64,000 nt of DNA from an uncultured bacterium (GCA_964650005.1 CAZYPZ010000002.1:5398-69397); one strand, 5' to 3'; shown: positions 1-11,800, counted from the stretch's first letter. The notes: generated by a model not told the origin, from the sequence alone. Numbers and translations are program-made.

Positions 1-10
1 TGTTACGGTC

Positions 11-556
11 ATGGCCCGGGACCGCGTGGGCATCCTTCGGGATGTGTCGGTCGCTCTGTCCGAGCTGCAGGGCAATATCACACACGCCAGCCAGACGGTG
101 CTGCGCGGATATTTCACGTTGATCCTGTCGGTACAGACGCCTGACACGGTGGATGCCGAACAGCTCAAGCAGCGGGTTATGGCGGCCGGGGCCGATGGGG
201 AGTTCGCCGTTGGCGTGCGGCATGCCGGTGAGGACAGCCCGCCTCCGCCTTCCCGCAAGGATCTGTTCACGTTGAGCATCCGCAGCCGGGAAATGCCGGG
301 AGTGGTGCGCTGTGCGGCAGAAGTGCTGGCGCGGCGCTCCATCAACATCGAAGACTTCAGCGCGTATGCGCTGGAGGATGAGTTCATCGCACTGGCCGTG
401 ATCTCCATCCCGCCGGACGTGTCGCTGCCTGAGCTGCGGCAGGAGTTGATCGACGCAGGCAAGCAGTTCGGTTTTTCCATCCACATCATGCACGCCGATG
501 TGTTTCGGGCCACCGGTGACATCCGTCCTGTGCGCTTTGGGGAGGCTGGGGAGTGA
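11..556 (+). CDS. Tandem ACT-domain protein (UPF0237/GcvR-like small regulatory protein)
   Basis: 181-aa ORF with two ACT-like halves (RDVSVALSEL..., and the MPGVVRCAAEVL... half). Its TGA stop overlaps the GTG start of the next gene (GTGA); the pairing with a UPF0210 gene is typical. Confidence 0.5.
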   Translation: MARDRVGILRDVSVALSELQGNITHASQTVLRGYFTLILSVQTPDTVDAEQLKQRVMAAGADGEFAVGVRHAGEDSPPPPSRKDLFTLSIRSREMPGVVRCAAEVLARRSINIEDFSAYALEDEFIALAVISIPPDVSLPELRQELIDAGKQFGFSIHIMHADVFRATGDIRPVRFGEAGE

Positions 557-1926
557 ACGTACACGACAGAGACGACATCATGGGCGTGATCGCCATGCTG
601 CAGGATGAACACCTGGATGTTCGCGCCGTCAATCTGGGGATCGACCTGTTTGATTGTGCCGATCGCGACATAGACCGATGTTGCACCGCCATCTACAACA
701 AAGTGGTGCGGCTGGCGTCGCCGCTTCCGGACATCTGCCGACAGGTGTCTGACCGGTTTGGCATTCCCATCGTGAACACGCGTGTATCGCTCTCACCAAT
801 GGCGGATGTGCTGGCCGGACACGATGCATCCGCGATGCTGCAGGCGGCTCACACGCTGGACCGCGCGGCCGCCGAAGCCGGCCTGGATATGATCGGCGGC
901 TTTTCCGCGCTGGTGCACAAGGGCATGTCCCATGCCGACCGGGTACTGATCGGCGTACTTCCCGAGGTGCTCACGTCCACCGAGCGGCTGTGTGCATCGG
1001 TGAATGCGGCCAGCTCCCGTTCCGGCATCAATGTGGACGCATTGATCCTGCTGGGACATGTGTGGCGCGATACGGCCCAGCGCTCAGCCGATCGTGACGG
1101 GTTCGGTTGTGCCAAACTGAGCGTGTTCGCCAACATTCCCGAAGACAACCCCTTCATGGCCGGCTCTTACAAAGGGATCGGCGAAGCGGAGGCGGTGATC
1201 AACATCGGCGTCAGCGGTCCGGGAGTCGTGAAGCGGGCGATCGAACGCCTGCTGCAACGGGGATGTAACGGTCTGGGAGACGTCGCTGCCGAGATCAAGA
1301 GTACCGCGTTCCGCGTCACTCGGTGCGGTGAGTTGATCGGTCGTGAGGTGGCCCGCCTCACCGGAGCGGCGTTTGGTATTGTAGACCTTTCATTGGCCCC
1401 GACGCCGGCAATCGGAGACAGCATCGGGGAGATCTTTCAGGCGATGGGCATCACGCAGGTGGGCGGTCCCGGCACCACGGCCGCTCTGGCGATGTTGAAC
1501 GATGCCGTAAAGAAGGGCGGCGCGTTTGCGTCATCGTCGGTGGGAGGGCTCTCCGGCGCGTTCATCCCGGTTGCGGAAGACGGCACCCTGAGCGCCGAAG
1601 CAGCCCGCGGTCATCTGACGCTGGAAAAGCTGGAAGCGATGACCAGTGTCTGTTCAGTGGGGCTGGACATGGTGGCCCTTCCCGGCGATACTCCGCCCGA
1701 AACACTCACCGCGCTGGCCATGGACGAACTGGCAATCGGGGTGATCAATCACAAAACGACCTCAGTGCGCATCATTCCGGTTCCCGGTAAGCGCGCCGGA
1801 GATCGCGCGGTGTTCGGTGGTCTGTTCGGCGAGGCACCGATCATGCCGATCCAATGTGGCGCATCGGATCTGTTCGTGCGTTTGGGCGGGCGCATTCCCG
1901 CGCCGTTGACCAGTCTGACCAACTGA
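553..1926 (+). CDS. UPF0210 (DUF711) family protein
   Basis: 457-aa ORF, translationally coupled (GTGA overlap) to the upstream ACT-domain gene. This pairing is conserved for UPF0210/UPF0237. Confidence 0.6.
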   Translation: MNVHDRDDIMGVIAMLQDEHLDVRAVNLGIDLFDCADRDIDRCCTAIYNKVVRLASPLPDICRQVSDRFGIPIVNTRVSLSPMADVLAGHDASAMLQAAHTLDRAAAEAGLDMIGGFSALVHKGMSHADRVLIGVLPEVLTSTERLCASVNAASSRSGINVDALILLGHVWRDTAQRSADRDGFGCAKLSVFANIPEDNPFMAGSYKGIGEAEAVINIGVSGPGVVKRAIERLLQRGCNGLGDVAAEIKSTAFRVTRCGELIGREVARLTGAAFGIVDLSLAPTPAIGDSIGEIFQAMGITQVGGPGTTAALAMLNDAVKKGGAFASSSVGGLSGAFIPVAEDGTLSAEAARGHLTLEKLEAMTSVCSVGLDMVALPGDTPPETLTALAMDELAIGVINHKTTSVRIIPVPGKRAGDRAVFGGLFGEAPIMPIQCGASDLFVRLGGRIPAPLTSLTN

Positions 1927-1948
1927 TCGTTACGCGCCGGCCAAGCGG

Positions 1949-4438
1949 CTAACCCAGTGCACGGTTCAAACAGGCCTCCAGTTGGTCCATGTCATACGGT
2001 TTATGCAGGAATCCGGCCAGCCCATGTCCCACAAACCGGCCGGCAGCCTGAGACTCGCTGTACCCACTGGTCAGCACCACGCGCACCTGTGGGTCCAGCG
2101 CTTTCAGAGCGGCGAATGTCTGTTCGCCGTTCATTCCGGGCATCGTCAGGTCGAGCAATACCAGCGCGATCTCCGCGCCTCGTTCTCGGTACAGCGCTAT
2201 CGCTTCTTCGCCGGAGGCGGCGCACACGCTGCGGTAACCCAGCACATCGAGCATTTCTGTCGCCAGTTCGCGGATCATCTCTTCATCATCTACCACGCAG
2301 ATCAGTCTATTCTCCGCCGAACTGCCTTCTGCGGGCCGGCATGTATCCGATGCTTCATCTGGAACTGGCAGCAATACGTCCACAGTGGTTCCCTGGCCCG
2401 GCGTACTCTGCACGCTGACGTGACCCTCGTGCGCTTGAACAATACCCTGTACAGTCGCCATACCCAATCCCCTCCCTGTGAATTTCGTGCTGAAAAACGG
2501 TTCGAACACCCGCTCCAGTGTCTGCTTGTCCATTCCCACTCCCTGATCCTGCACCTGTACCCGCAGATACCGCATCGTATCGAGGTCACCGGGGCCTCCA
2601 GATCCCGGTGGATTCTTCAGCAGGCTGACACTTACAGTGATACCACCTTGTCGCCCCTTCATGGCCTCCGCGGCATTGGCCACCAGGTTGCGCCACACCG
2701 TGCGCATTTGCTCCACATCCACCAAGGCACAAGGCAACCCATCTGGCAACTCCATGTGGAGCGGAATGGGGTCACAGATAGCGGCCAATTCCGGCGTCTG
2801 TTGTCGCAACGACATCGAGAGGTCGACACACTCACGCTGCAACGGTGTTTGGCCTGTACAGGCCAGCATCTGTCGACACAGTTCGGAAGCCCGATGCGCG
2901 GCCGCATCGACTTCATTCAGGTGCGACAGAGCAGGTGAGCTCGCATTCAGTCGACGCTTGACCAGATCGGCATTACCAATGACCACCATCAGCAGGTTGT
3001 TGAAATCATGCGCGATCCCGCCCGCCATACGGGCCAGGCTTTCGAAGCGCCGGCTGCGGGCCTGCTCGCGTTCATACTCCAACCGTTGCCTCTCGGCACG
3101 ACGCGACTCGGTCAGGTCGCGCCACATCAGCACCAGGAACGGCTGCCCGCCCAGTTGCGTGCGCACGACCGATAGTTCGATAGGCGCCTGTTGGCCGTCC
3201 GGACGAATGATCGTCAGCTCATCGACGCCCGGAACCACACCGGAAGGAAGATTCAGCGACTCCGTGAGGCCATGCCGCAACACATCCACCGGATCGCTGA
3301 CAGACACACACGCGAAGAGATCTTCGCCCAGCACGTTCCGGCCGTTCCATCCGAACAACGCGTCCGCGGCGGTATTCCACATCCGAATGGACAGCTGGGA
3401 ATCGATCATCACCAGTGCTTCCGGCACCGCCTGTGCGGTAGTCCGGAACAGCTCTTCTCGGGACTCCAACTCGCGGCGGCGCTGCCCGTCGCGATGCAGC
3501 AACAGCAAGCTCAACGCGGAAAACACCAAAACAACCGCCGATGCCAGCAGCGCCGTCAAGGTGTAGATACGTTTGCGCGCCAAATGACCCGCCAGTCGGT
3601 CAGGCATTGACACGCCGGTCACGATTACCAGCGGCGCGCCACGCACCCGCTGATAGCTGTACACGCGCGGATGGCCATCGAAATACACGGTGTTTTGTTC
3701 GGTCCGGGTGTCCCAGTCCGCCCAGCGAATCGCTTCGGGTATAGTACGCGCTGCGGGGAGCCGGTACACGGTATCGTCTCCGGATATCACTCCGGTCAAT
3801 ATCCCGTGTTCCGTTGAGCAGAGCAACACCAGGCCGTGGCGTCCCACATCCACGCTGCGATAGTATCCGCTGAAATAGTGCGGGTTTACGCTGGCCAGTA
3901 TGACGCCGCCAAATCCGCCCCGTTTGTCGTTGAGACGACGGCTCATCGGGATGTACCACTTGCCCGTGGCGCGCCCCAACACCGGAGCGCCAATCAGCAG
4001 CTGCGCGGATGGATTGGCCTTGTGCCTTTTGAAAAACGGGCGTTCCGCGACGCTGACCTTCTTGGCGCCCGGAAGGCTGCTGAAAGTCAACATGCCTTCA
4101 CGGTTGATGAAGCTGATCAGATTATACAATTCGCCCTGATAGTGCCGGCTGCTCTGGGTCAACTCGTCCAGCATGCGTGAGCGACCGGTCTCTTCGTAAA
4201 GCCGTTTCAGAAAACCCGTCTCCCGAGACACCACACCGATGGTACGGCTCGCGTGCTCCTCAAACACGTGACAGAGGTCGGCGGTCTGCTGGCGCGCTGC
4301 GCGCTCTTCCAGCGCATATTCCTGACGGTTGTGCTGCAGCCAGAACGCCCAGATGACACCCAGCAAAATGAGCGAGACCCCAGCGATGAGGCCCATCTTC
4401 AGGTACGCATCGGTACGGGCAAGGGATTGCCTGTTCAT
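1949..4438 (-). CDS. Hybrid sensor histidine kinase / response regulator (two TM helices, periplasmic sensor, PAS, HisKA, HATPase_c, C-terminal receiver)
   Basis: H-box FESLARMAGGIAHDFNNLLMVVIGNADL. ATPase G-boxes (QDQGVGMD, GRGLGMA). Receiver ICVVDDEEMIRE...LLDLTMPGMNG. Two hydrophobic segments flank a ~250-aa extracytoplasmic region. Confidence 0.8.
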   Translation of the reverse strand: MNRQSLARTDAYLKMGLIAGVSLILLGVIWAFWLQHNRQEYALEERAARQQTADLCHVFEEHASRTIGVVSRETGFLKRLYEETGRSRMLDELTQSSRHYQGELYNLISFINREGMLTFSSLPGAKKVSVAERPFFKRHKANPSAQLLIGAPVLGRATGKWYIPMSRRLNDKRGGFGGVILASVNPHYFSGYYRSVDVGRHGLVLLCSTEHGILTGVISGDDTVYRLPAARTIPEAIRWADWDTRTEQNTVYFDGHPRVYSYQRVRGAPLVIVTGVSMPDRLAGHLARKRIYTLTALLASAVVLVFSALSLLLLHRDGQRRRELESREELFRTTAQAVPEALVMIDSQLSIRMWNTAADALFGWNGRNVLGEDLFACVSVSDPVDVLRHGLTESLNLPSGVVPGVDELTIIRPDGQQAPIELSVVRTQLGGQPFLVLMWRDLTESRRAERQRLEYEREQARSRRFESLARMAGGIAHDFNNLLMVVIGNADLVKRRLNASSPALSHLNEVDAAAHRASELCRQMLACTGQTPLQRECVDLSMSLRQQTPELAAICDPIPLHMELPDGLPCALVDVEQMRTVWRNLVANAAEAMKGRQGGITVSVSLLKNPPGSGGPGDLDTMRYLRVQVQDQGVGMDKQTLERVFEPFFSTKFTGRGLGMATVQGIVQAHEGHVSVQSTPGQGTTVDVLLPVPDEASDTCRPAEGSSAENRLICVVDDEEMIRELATEMLDVLGYRSVCAASGEEAIALYRERGAEIALVLLDLTMPGMNGEQTFAALKALDPQVRVVLTSGYSESQAAGRFVGHGLAGFLHKPYDMDQLEACLNRALG

Positions 4439-4665
4439 CGTTCGCCTATTGGCCGGTTATCGAAATCTAGCGTCTGCGTGGAACACCTCATGAGCAAGCG
4501 GCCGGTATCACGACATCCCGGCGACTTACTGATACCATACCTATTCCTTACGTGTTATCATATCGGCATGGATGGTCTATTTGTGAAGCCACAACAGACG
4601 TGTCTGAACACCCTGTTCCTGCGCTTGCCAGTCTGATCCACCATACCGCAGGAGGTACCGAACCG

Positions 4666-6210
4666 ATGAACGGTTTAATCCAGGAATCTTCAGCGAAACA
4701 CTGCGCCCTGTTACGGGCGGTATTGCTCGGTCTTGTGGTATGCCTGCTAGTACCGGTCAGCGCGATCGCCCAGCAGACCGTGGCCATTGCACGCTTCAAA
4801 GGTCTGCCCGTCGAACAGGCCAATGTCCTCTCCGACGTGCTGTACCAGGAGCTGCTGCAGTCTCCCGCCCTGATGGTATTGGAACCCGCGCGGTTTATCA
4901 AAGGCGCCCAAGCGGTCTCCATCAGTAACCCGGCTGTGGAAACATTGACCCCTGAGCAGGCTGCGGCGCTCAAAGATGAGCTGGACGCGGATCTGTTGGT
5001 TCTGGGCTCGGGAATGTTGATCGGTCAGGAGATCACACTGTATGCGCGCGTGGTGGACCTCAGCACCGGGAAGGTGCGGCCCGGTTGGGCGGTGAAAGCG
5101 ACGGGGCCCGCCAATGCGGTGGGGGACGCGGCCATGAAACTGGCGACGCAGCTCCTGGCCAAGATCAGCCCGCCCGCCGCTACATCAGATACCCCGCCTC
5201 AGCCTGCCGCACAGTCGGGCAGCGGCTCCACTGGAACGCAACCTGCGGACACGGCCGAAGCGGCCCGGTTTGCCGAACTGGCGATCCAGTGGGTGACCCG
5301 ACAGAATTGGCTGTCCAGAGGGGCCGACGGCAAGTTCGCCAACAGCGCGGTGATCGCCACACCCGATTTTGCCGGGGTTTTGGCGCGCATCCGAAAGACG
5401 CGCGAAGCCAACGATCCCAAAGTGGATATCACCGAAAAAGGCCCGATCAGCGCGTTGCGCGCCACGATCTGTCTGATCCGGATGAAAGCCGAACCGTCCG
5501 AATTGGAGCGTGCGGATATCAGTGTGTTGCCTGACCCCGAGGCGCTGCCCGACTGGGCGCGCCAGCCGCTGGCTTGGGCCATACGCCGGGGTATTCTGGC
5601 ATCGCCGGCGGAAGCACCCGATGTTCCCCTGACCCGCCGGCAGTGCGCTGTGCTCCTCACCCGTTTCTTCCCGCCTCTGCCCGCAGATGCGTTCGAGCCA
5701 AACGACCAGACCGCGTACACATGCCTGATCGTGGATGCCCGCGGATTGAAGATGAGCCGCAGTATGGCGCCCACCATTGCCGATCAGTCGAACCGGCGGA
5801 TCTATCCGGATCCCATCAACGTGCCGCCTCAGGAGTATCTGATGGAGAACGGCATTGCCCAATATGCCACCAGCCTCGATCAGGCGCGCGAAATCGCCGG
5901 CAAAAAACCGCTCACCGTCAAGGCTGTGAAGCGCTCCAACCGTAAAGACGGCGTGATCGTAACCAACGAGGTGGGCGATCAGATCCTGATGGAAAACCGA
6001 AAAGCGTTTTTCCTCTCCCGCTGTCGCGTGATCTTCGTGATCGATTCTGCCCCAGCGCCCAAGCCAACGGATGAAGAACCGACAGAGACAGAGGAATCCG
6101 ACGTCACACCGGCGAAACCCGCGAAGCCGTCGTCTCCCGCAACTCCCGACACGCCGACAGAGCCCGACACCCCGGAACGCCCGACGGACAATACCGACGG
6201 GAACGGGTGA
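4666..6210 (+). CDS. Secreted SLH-domain protein with proline/threonine-rich C-terminal tail
   Basis: Start chosen at the ATG preceded by GGAGGT (the ORF track extends to 4552). Signal-peptide-like LLRAVLLGLVVCLLVPVSAIAQQ. Two SLH-like segments (FAELAIQWVTRQNWLSRGADGKF..., LPDWARQPLAWAIRRGILASP...TRRQCAVLLTRFF). Tail PAPKPTDEEPTETEESDVTPAKPAKPSSPATPDTP. Confidence 0.5.
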   Translation: MNGLIQESSAKHCALLRAVLLGLVVCLLVPVSAIAQQTVAIARFKGLPVEQANVLSDVLYQELLQSPALMVLEPARFIKGAQAVSISNPAVETLTPEQAAALKDELDADLLVLGSGMLIGQEITLYARVVDLSTGKVRPGWAVKATGPANAVGDAAMKLATQLLAKISPPAATSDTPPQPAAQSGSGSTGTQPADTAEAARFAELAIQWVTRQNWLSRGADGKFANSAVIATPDFAGVLARIRKTREANDPKVDITEKGPISALRATICLIRMKAEPSELERADISVLPDPEALPDWARQPLAWAIRRGILASPAEAPDVPLTRRQCAVLLTRFFPPLPADAFEPNDQTAYTCLIVDARGLKMSRSMAPTIADQSNRRIYPDPINVPPQEYLMENGIAQYATSLDQAREIAGKKPLTVKAVKRSNRKDGVIVTNEVGDQILMENRKAFFLSRCRVIFVIDSAPAPKPTDEEPTETEESDVTPAKPAKPSSPATPDTPTEPDTPERPTDNTDGNG

Positions 6211-6234
6211 TCGCTCACTGATCGTATCAGCCGC

Positions 6235-8862
6235 GTGAAGACACCAGGCGGCTGCCACCCCCATATGAGGTTCGGCATGACAGGAACCCTCAACCGTGTG
6301 ATCCGGCCGGCCGATGCCGACGAGGCTTCCTGCCTTGTCGATCAGCAATCGGTCATCCGTGAGATCGGTTACCATCCGGACAGGCCGCTCATCCGTATTG
6401 CCGACGGTCCTTCGATGTACTTTACTTACCGGTTCTCACCGGGCCGTTCACGGATGGCGTGGTTGCTGATGCACCTGGGAACCCAGTTCCGGTTGTCGGC
6501 CTCCACCGATGGAAAACGGTTTACGGCTCTGTCGACGTACCGCGAGCATGAGCGGTACGGCAGCCGGGTATTTGTCGACCTGACACCCTGCCTGGACTCC
6601 CATGGCGAGGTATGGGTCAAGTTCCAGGATGATCATCCCGAGGATGGATGGGGCGCGTTGCTGAGTCAACTGGAGTTGCATGTCGCCGGTGCAGGCTCGG
6701 TATCGCGCTTGGATCTGAGCACACGCTGGCTGGTAGATCATCGCCACGCGAACCACCCCCAATACCGGACCTACGGCACCGCCCGCTTCGAGAAAGTGTT
6801 CACGGCGCCTGCCTGCTGGGCAGGCCATACGGTGCGTCTGGCGATCCCAATGGTTCACGGTGAAATCAGGCAGGCGTCGCTGAACGGCCGTCGACTGACA
6901 CTTCAACAGGCGCCACTGGGAGGTGTCGAGGCCGACATCACTCGAGCCATTCGCCTCTCCAAGACAAACCGATTGGAAGTGAGTGTACGCGGCCAGGACG
7001 GTCTGGCGGCGATGGGCACGCCGATCCGCGTCGGCCTGGCCGTTCCGGCGTGCGCCGCCCCGGCGACGGTCACGTTGGCAAAGCAGCAGACCCCGCTGAT
7101 GAGGCGTTTCGCGCCGTACACCCCGGAACGGATGCATACAATCGCTGGAAACTACATGCAGTGTCTGTTCGACCCCCGCTGGAATCTGTTGTCGTTTGAC
7201 GACACGGAAGACCCATCCGTGCATTTCGTGCATGACTCCAGCCGAGGTCTGGTAGCACTGGCCGACGAGAGCCGGCTGACCCCGGTGACTCGGCTCGAGC
7301 TGGCGCGCAGGCTGTACCGGGGGGTGGTTTCCGCACGATTGCCCGGAGACGAGTGGTTATTCGCGTTCAAGCACGACCGTCGTCCGATTGACATCCGCCC
7401 GATGCCCGATCAGCCCGCGGTGACGCTTACACACAAATTGGACGAAGTGCTGCCTGTTGCATCCATCCGACCGGCTTGGCCTGGAACAGACGGGGAATGG
7501 ATCACAGCATCATCCATGAAGGCCGGTGAAGCCACCACCGCTGACGGCGCGGTGCAAAGACAGTACATCTGGACTGCAAACGGTCAGCACACAGAAGCGC
7601 AGGCGCGCCACTGGCCCGGTGATGACGGACGCCTCAGTGCCCTGACGTTCCGATTTTCCGGAACCGGACCGGTACGCATCCTGATCGATGAACTGCTGCG
7701 CGACGGTCATTGGTTCCGGCCGGGAAGCTGGGGACCGGAGTTCCTGGTGCAACCGGATCGCACCGAACTGGGCGTTGGGGGCGCGGAACCGGTCGCGGTA
7801 GCCGCCGGTCGGTACCTGCTGATCCGCGGCGACAACGGCAGTGATCCACCCGCACCGCTGGAAATGACGATGTCCCGCGCGGTCGGGATCACATGGGATA
7901 TTCCTCCAAGCCGCATCATCGGCATACCGGATAGGTCGCTCGGATCCGAACGACGGTTCTGGACCGGGGTGGCGCTGGAGTATCAAGCCCCTATCGTGGT
8001 TACCGTGCGTGTGGCGCCATTTATCGGGTATCCCCGTCCTCTGCAGACGGTTCATGAACTCATGCGTCAGGCGGCGTCTTCAGGACGTTTCCGTACAAAC
8101 GGCCTGGATCCAACCTGGACCACGAACAGTTGCGGCATCGGCCCCGACGGTCTTGCCGCAGCGGCCTGGTTGTTCCGACAGCACGCTGCCCGTGAAGCCG
8201 ACGAGGCCGAACAGATGGCGGTGGCGGCGATGCGAGCCACTTGGCAGCGTGACCAGGACGGACAACGAACACACGAAGTCTACAACCTGATCAACGGCTT
8301 GTGCTGGCTGCACCGGCTGGGACACACGGAGTTCGACCCGTACCTGCGCGAACTGGCCGACCGCGCAGCGGATGCGCAACTGCCGGATGGCAGCTGGACG
8401 TGGTGCGACTTTCAGCTCCGGCTGATGGTCTCGCTGTTGCGCGCATGGGAGGTACTGGGAGAACCGCGCTGGATGGATGCGGTACAGCGGGGGCTGACCA
8501 CGTTGAGCTATCACGACAATACGCTGTTCTGGAAAGGCAAACCGGAGTACTACGGAGACTTCAGCGGTGCGCTGACACTGGCCATTTTTGGTTTTCTAGG
8601 CGACAGGAAACGCGCGCAGCAGGCGCTCGATGCCCGGCAGGCCTATATCGATGACCGCGGCTTCAGCGCCTGCAGCGACCTCAGCCCCTATGTACTGGGC
8701 ATCGGTGCGCGGGGGCTTCGGCTGAAGCAAGCCCCCCGACTGAACCTCGGACTGAATGAATTTGCCTGGTATGACAAAACCCGCGTGCAGAAGAGGCTGT
8801 CTCCAACTTCTTACTGGGTGAACCCGTATCACCCCGCCAAGCGGCCACCCGCCGGCCGCTGA
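6235..8862 (+). CDS. Hypothetical large cytoplasmic protein (N-terminal beta-sandwich-like region, C-terminal alpha/alpha-toroid-like region); possible glycoside hydrolase-like
   Basis: 875-aa ORF with no signal peptide. The C-terminal W/R-rich region resembles the (alpha/alpha)6 fold of glycosidases. No motif assigns it to a family. Alternative start at M11 (6265). Confidence 0.45.
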   Translation: MKTPGGCHPHMRFGMTGTLNRVIRPADADEASCLVDQQSVIREIGYHPDRPLIRIADGPSMYFTYRFSPGRSRMAWLLMHLGTQFRLSASTDGKRFTALSTYREHERYGSRVFVDLTPCLDSHGEVWVKFQDDHPEDGWGALLSQLELHVAGAGSVSRLDLSTRWLVDHRHANHPQYRTYGTARFEKVFTAPACWAGHTVRLAIPMVHGEIRQASLNGRRLTLQQAPLGGVEADITRAIRLSKTNRLEVSVRGQDGLAAMGTPIRVGLAVPACAAPATVTLAKQQTPLMRRFAPYTPERMHTIAGNYMQCLFDPRWNLLSFDDTEDPSVHFVHDSSRGLVALADESRLTPVTRLELARRLYRGVVSARLPGDEWLFAFKHDRRPIDIRPMPDQPAVTLTHKLDEVLPVASIRPAWPGTDGEWITASSMKAGEATTADGAVQRQYIWTANGQHTEAQARHWPGDDGRLSALTFRFSGTGPVRILIDELLRDGHWFRPGSWGPEFLVQPDRTELGVGGAEPVAVAAGRYLLIRGDNGSDPPAPLEMTMSRAVGITWDIPPSRIIGIPDRSLGSERRFWTGVALEYQAPIVVTVRVAPFIGYPRPLQTVHELMRQAASSGRFRTNGLDPTWTTNSCGIGPDGLAAAAWLFRQHAAREADEAEQMAVAAMRATWQRDQDGQRTHEVYNLINGLCWLHRLGHTEFDPYLRELADRAADAQLPDGSWTWCDFQLRLMVSLLRAWEVLGEPRWMDAVQRGLTTLSYHDNTLFWKGKPEYYGDFSGALTLAIFGFLGDRKRAQQALDARQAYIDDRGFSACSDLSPYVLGIGARGLRLKQAPRLNLGLNEFAWYDKTRVQKRLSPTSYWVNPYHPAKRPPAGR

Positions 8863-8891
8863 TCTTGGTGAAACCTGTTGGGAGGTATTGG

Positions 8892-11800
8892 ATGAAACGA
8901 CGCGCAGGCAAGCTCAGCTGGCTTGGGAGCGTTCTGGCGCTCGTGCTGGCGTTGCCCGGATGGGCGCAGATTGTCTCCAATGGAGGGTTTGAAGAGACAG
9001 ACGCCTCCGGCATGGCGATCGACTGGGTATCGATCGGAGGGGCCCGTATTGTGGACGACGCAGCGCATACCGGCCGGCATTCGATGCACCTGCATCGTCC
9101 TCCGGGCACATCGGGCGAGATCGGTGCGAACCGCGCCTGGACGGCCGGATCCACTGAACAGGGGGCGATGCTGTCTCAAACACGCGGCGCGATCGCGTTC
9201 TGGTACAAGAACGACCCGACAGGCTCGCCGGACGCCGCGCAGATGCACATCATTCCCATGTCCTCACGTGCCATGGAGCTTCCCATCGGACGTGTCATTT
9301 GGGTCGCACCGGAAGAACAGCCGGATCAGCGCACTGAGTGGCGACGCGGGGTCATCGGGTATGATTTCAGCGCCAATCCCGATGTGAAATGGGTGATGAT
9401 CGCGCCGCGTCTCGGGTTGGAAGCGGAGCACATGTGGATCGACGATGTGGCGTGGGAACCGGAAGCGCCTTCCGGGCTGCAGATCGAACGTATGGAGCTC
9501 AAACCATCTGGCATCGATCCGGACTCCGATGCTCAACTCAAAGTGACCGTTCGCAGCATCGGCACGGCTCCTTCACCTGTCGCGCAGTTGCAGTTCAATT
9601 TACCCGCAACACTGCATGTGTCTCCCCCGTCGGTGACGATCCCGGCGCTGAACGCCGGTCAGACGCATGTAATAACCGTACGTCTGCGCGGCAGACGGTT
9701 TGGGAAGGCCTCCGTAACGGCTGTCCTGACCGGACCGGCAGCGGCGGAACGGCGTACGCTGTTGATGCAGCCCCGGTTGCGTGTGGCCTATCTGGAGTGC
9801 AGCCGGATGCAGGCAATGCCCGGGCAGCCGATCCGCGTACGGCTGTTCGTATCGAATACGGGTGGATCCATGGCGGAGGAGTCGTCCGCCTGGCTGCAGT
9901 TGCCTCCGGGAATGACCGCGCGGCGCATCCGGTCAGGCGGCCCGGTATCCGTTCGGGAGGCGGTCAATGCCGCCGAATGGCTTGTGACCGCCAAATCGGA
10001 CATCGGTTGGACATCACTCACAGGGGGGTTGCACGGAGATCCGCATGCCGCAACGGCGCCGATCTGGGTGACAGCGATACGCCCGCGCATGCAGAACGAT
10101 ACGCAGCCCGTTGTGCGCGTGTCGAGCGGTCAGGCGGTCGCGTCCACCGGTGTATGCCGCCTTGCCTTGGTCGACAGCGGCGCCGGTCTATGGTGGGGGG
10201 AGCTGCAGACCCGTCGGGGCAAGCAATGGCGTACGGTCGCCTTGCTTCCCCGTTTGGGGCTGCTGAACACAGGTGGAAAGGATCAGGTGTTCCGCCCGAA
10301 CCGCGTCGTGGCGCGCGGTCGCGAATTACGGTATGAGGGGGTCATCGCATCGCAGGGGATGACCTGGCGGTTCGAAACCGTGCTTTACGCACAACCGGGC
10401 GCGGATTGGCTGAGATACACGGTGCGCGTTGTGCCGGACATACCCGCCAGCTATCGTGCGCTGGAGGGCCCGATGCTCTATGCCGGCGATGGCGCCGAGC
10501 AACCCCGGCAGGACGCAATCGTTCCCGGACTCGAATGGCTGGACGCGTCCGAGGAGTCGTCTTCGGCACTCGACATCATGCCCGATCATCCGGACCGCAT
10601 GCGGATGGCGCCACATCCCTACAAGGTGACGATCCCCGCAGTGGGACTTCGACAAAACGGCGCACTGGTGGGGCTGCTATGGGATGTGTGGGACAAGCAG
10701 CTCAGCCCCAAGCACGGACCAGCCTCACTGGTGTTCAGTTCGCCCAACCGACTGGAAGGGCACCGGAACCATCTGATGGGGCTTCAGCTTCCGGCAGTGG
10801 GCGCCGACATGCGCGAAAACACCCGCCGAGCCACCCGCGACATTCCCGTCCAGGCGGGCGAAACACTGGCGCTTCAAGCGGTGCTACAGGCGCGAGATGC
10901 ATCGGGCGATGCGCTGGAGGTCATTGACCGATGGATCGCATTACACGGACGACCGACGCCTCTGCCGCCGCCACACGGCAGTTGGCGGAACGAGCTGGCC
11001 TTCAGTATGTCCGGTTATGCACCCGACAAGGCGCTGTGGAATCCCGAGTGGCGCAAGTGGTATTCGGATCTCATCATCGGCTTCGCTCCATCACTGGCGC
11101 CCGTATCGGAGTTGATTGCAGGGGCCGAAATGCTGGGCGACCATCCGATGGCTGCGAAAGCCATGGCCTGGGTGGCTGCGGCGGACTTCGATCAGACAAC
11201 GCCCATGGCGTTACATGCGCAGCACCGGACCGACATCAGTCAACTGGATCAGATGGCGCGCACGGTAACCGGGTTGATCCGCTCGCAACTCCCGGACGGC
11301 AACTGGCCGTTCACCGGAAAACACGCCGGTGCGATTCCCCCGGGGGCGCTGGATTATGATTATCTGGGTGCGGAAGGCGCTTGCGAATCCGGCTTGACGG
11401 CCACCCCTGCGATCACCGTGCTGCAATACGCGCTGTTGACGGGCGACCGCAAGGCGACGTCCAGCGGGCTCAAGGCGCTGAAAGCGCTCACGCGATACTC
11501 CATACCGCGCGCCGCTCAGACCTGGGAGGTTCCGGTGCATACACCGGATATCCTGGCCGCCGGGTATTGTGTTCGCGCGAATGTGTTGGGCTACCGGTTG
11601 ACCGGTGATCCGCGGTGGCTTTCGGAGGCGCGCAGCTGGGCGCGACGCATTTTGCCGTTCATGTATGTGTGGCATCCCAAGGATCTTCCTGCAATGCATG
11701 GCGCCAGTATCCCGGTCTTTGGGGCCACCCAATATGTGCTCAGCTGGTTTGGTGTGGCCGTACAGTGGAACGGTATCGCCTGCGCCGATCCGTTGTATGA

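Noticed and set aside
4552-4665. N-terminal extension of the SLH-protein ORF
   Set aside because: No RBS and non-protein-like sequence. The ATG at 4666 has GGAGGT upstream and begins a signal peptide.
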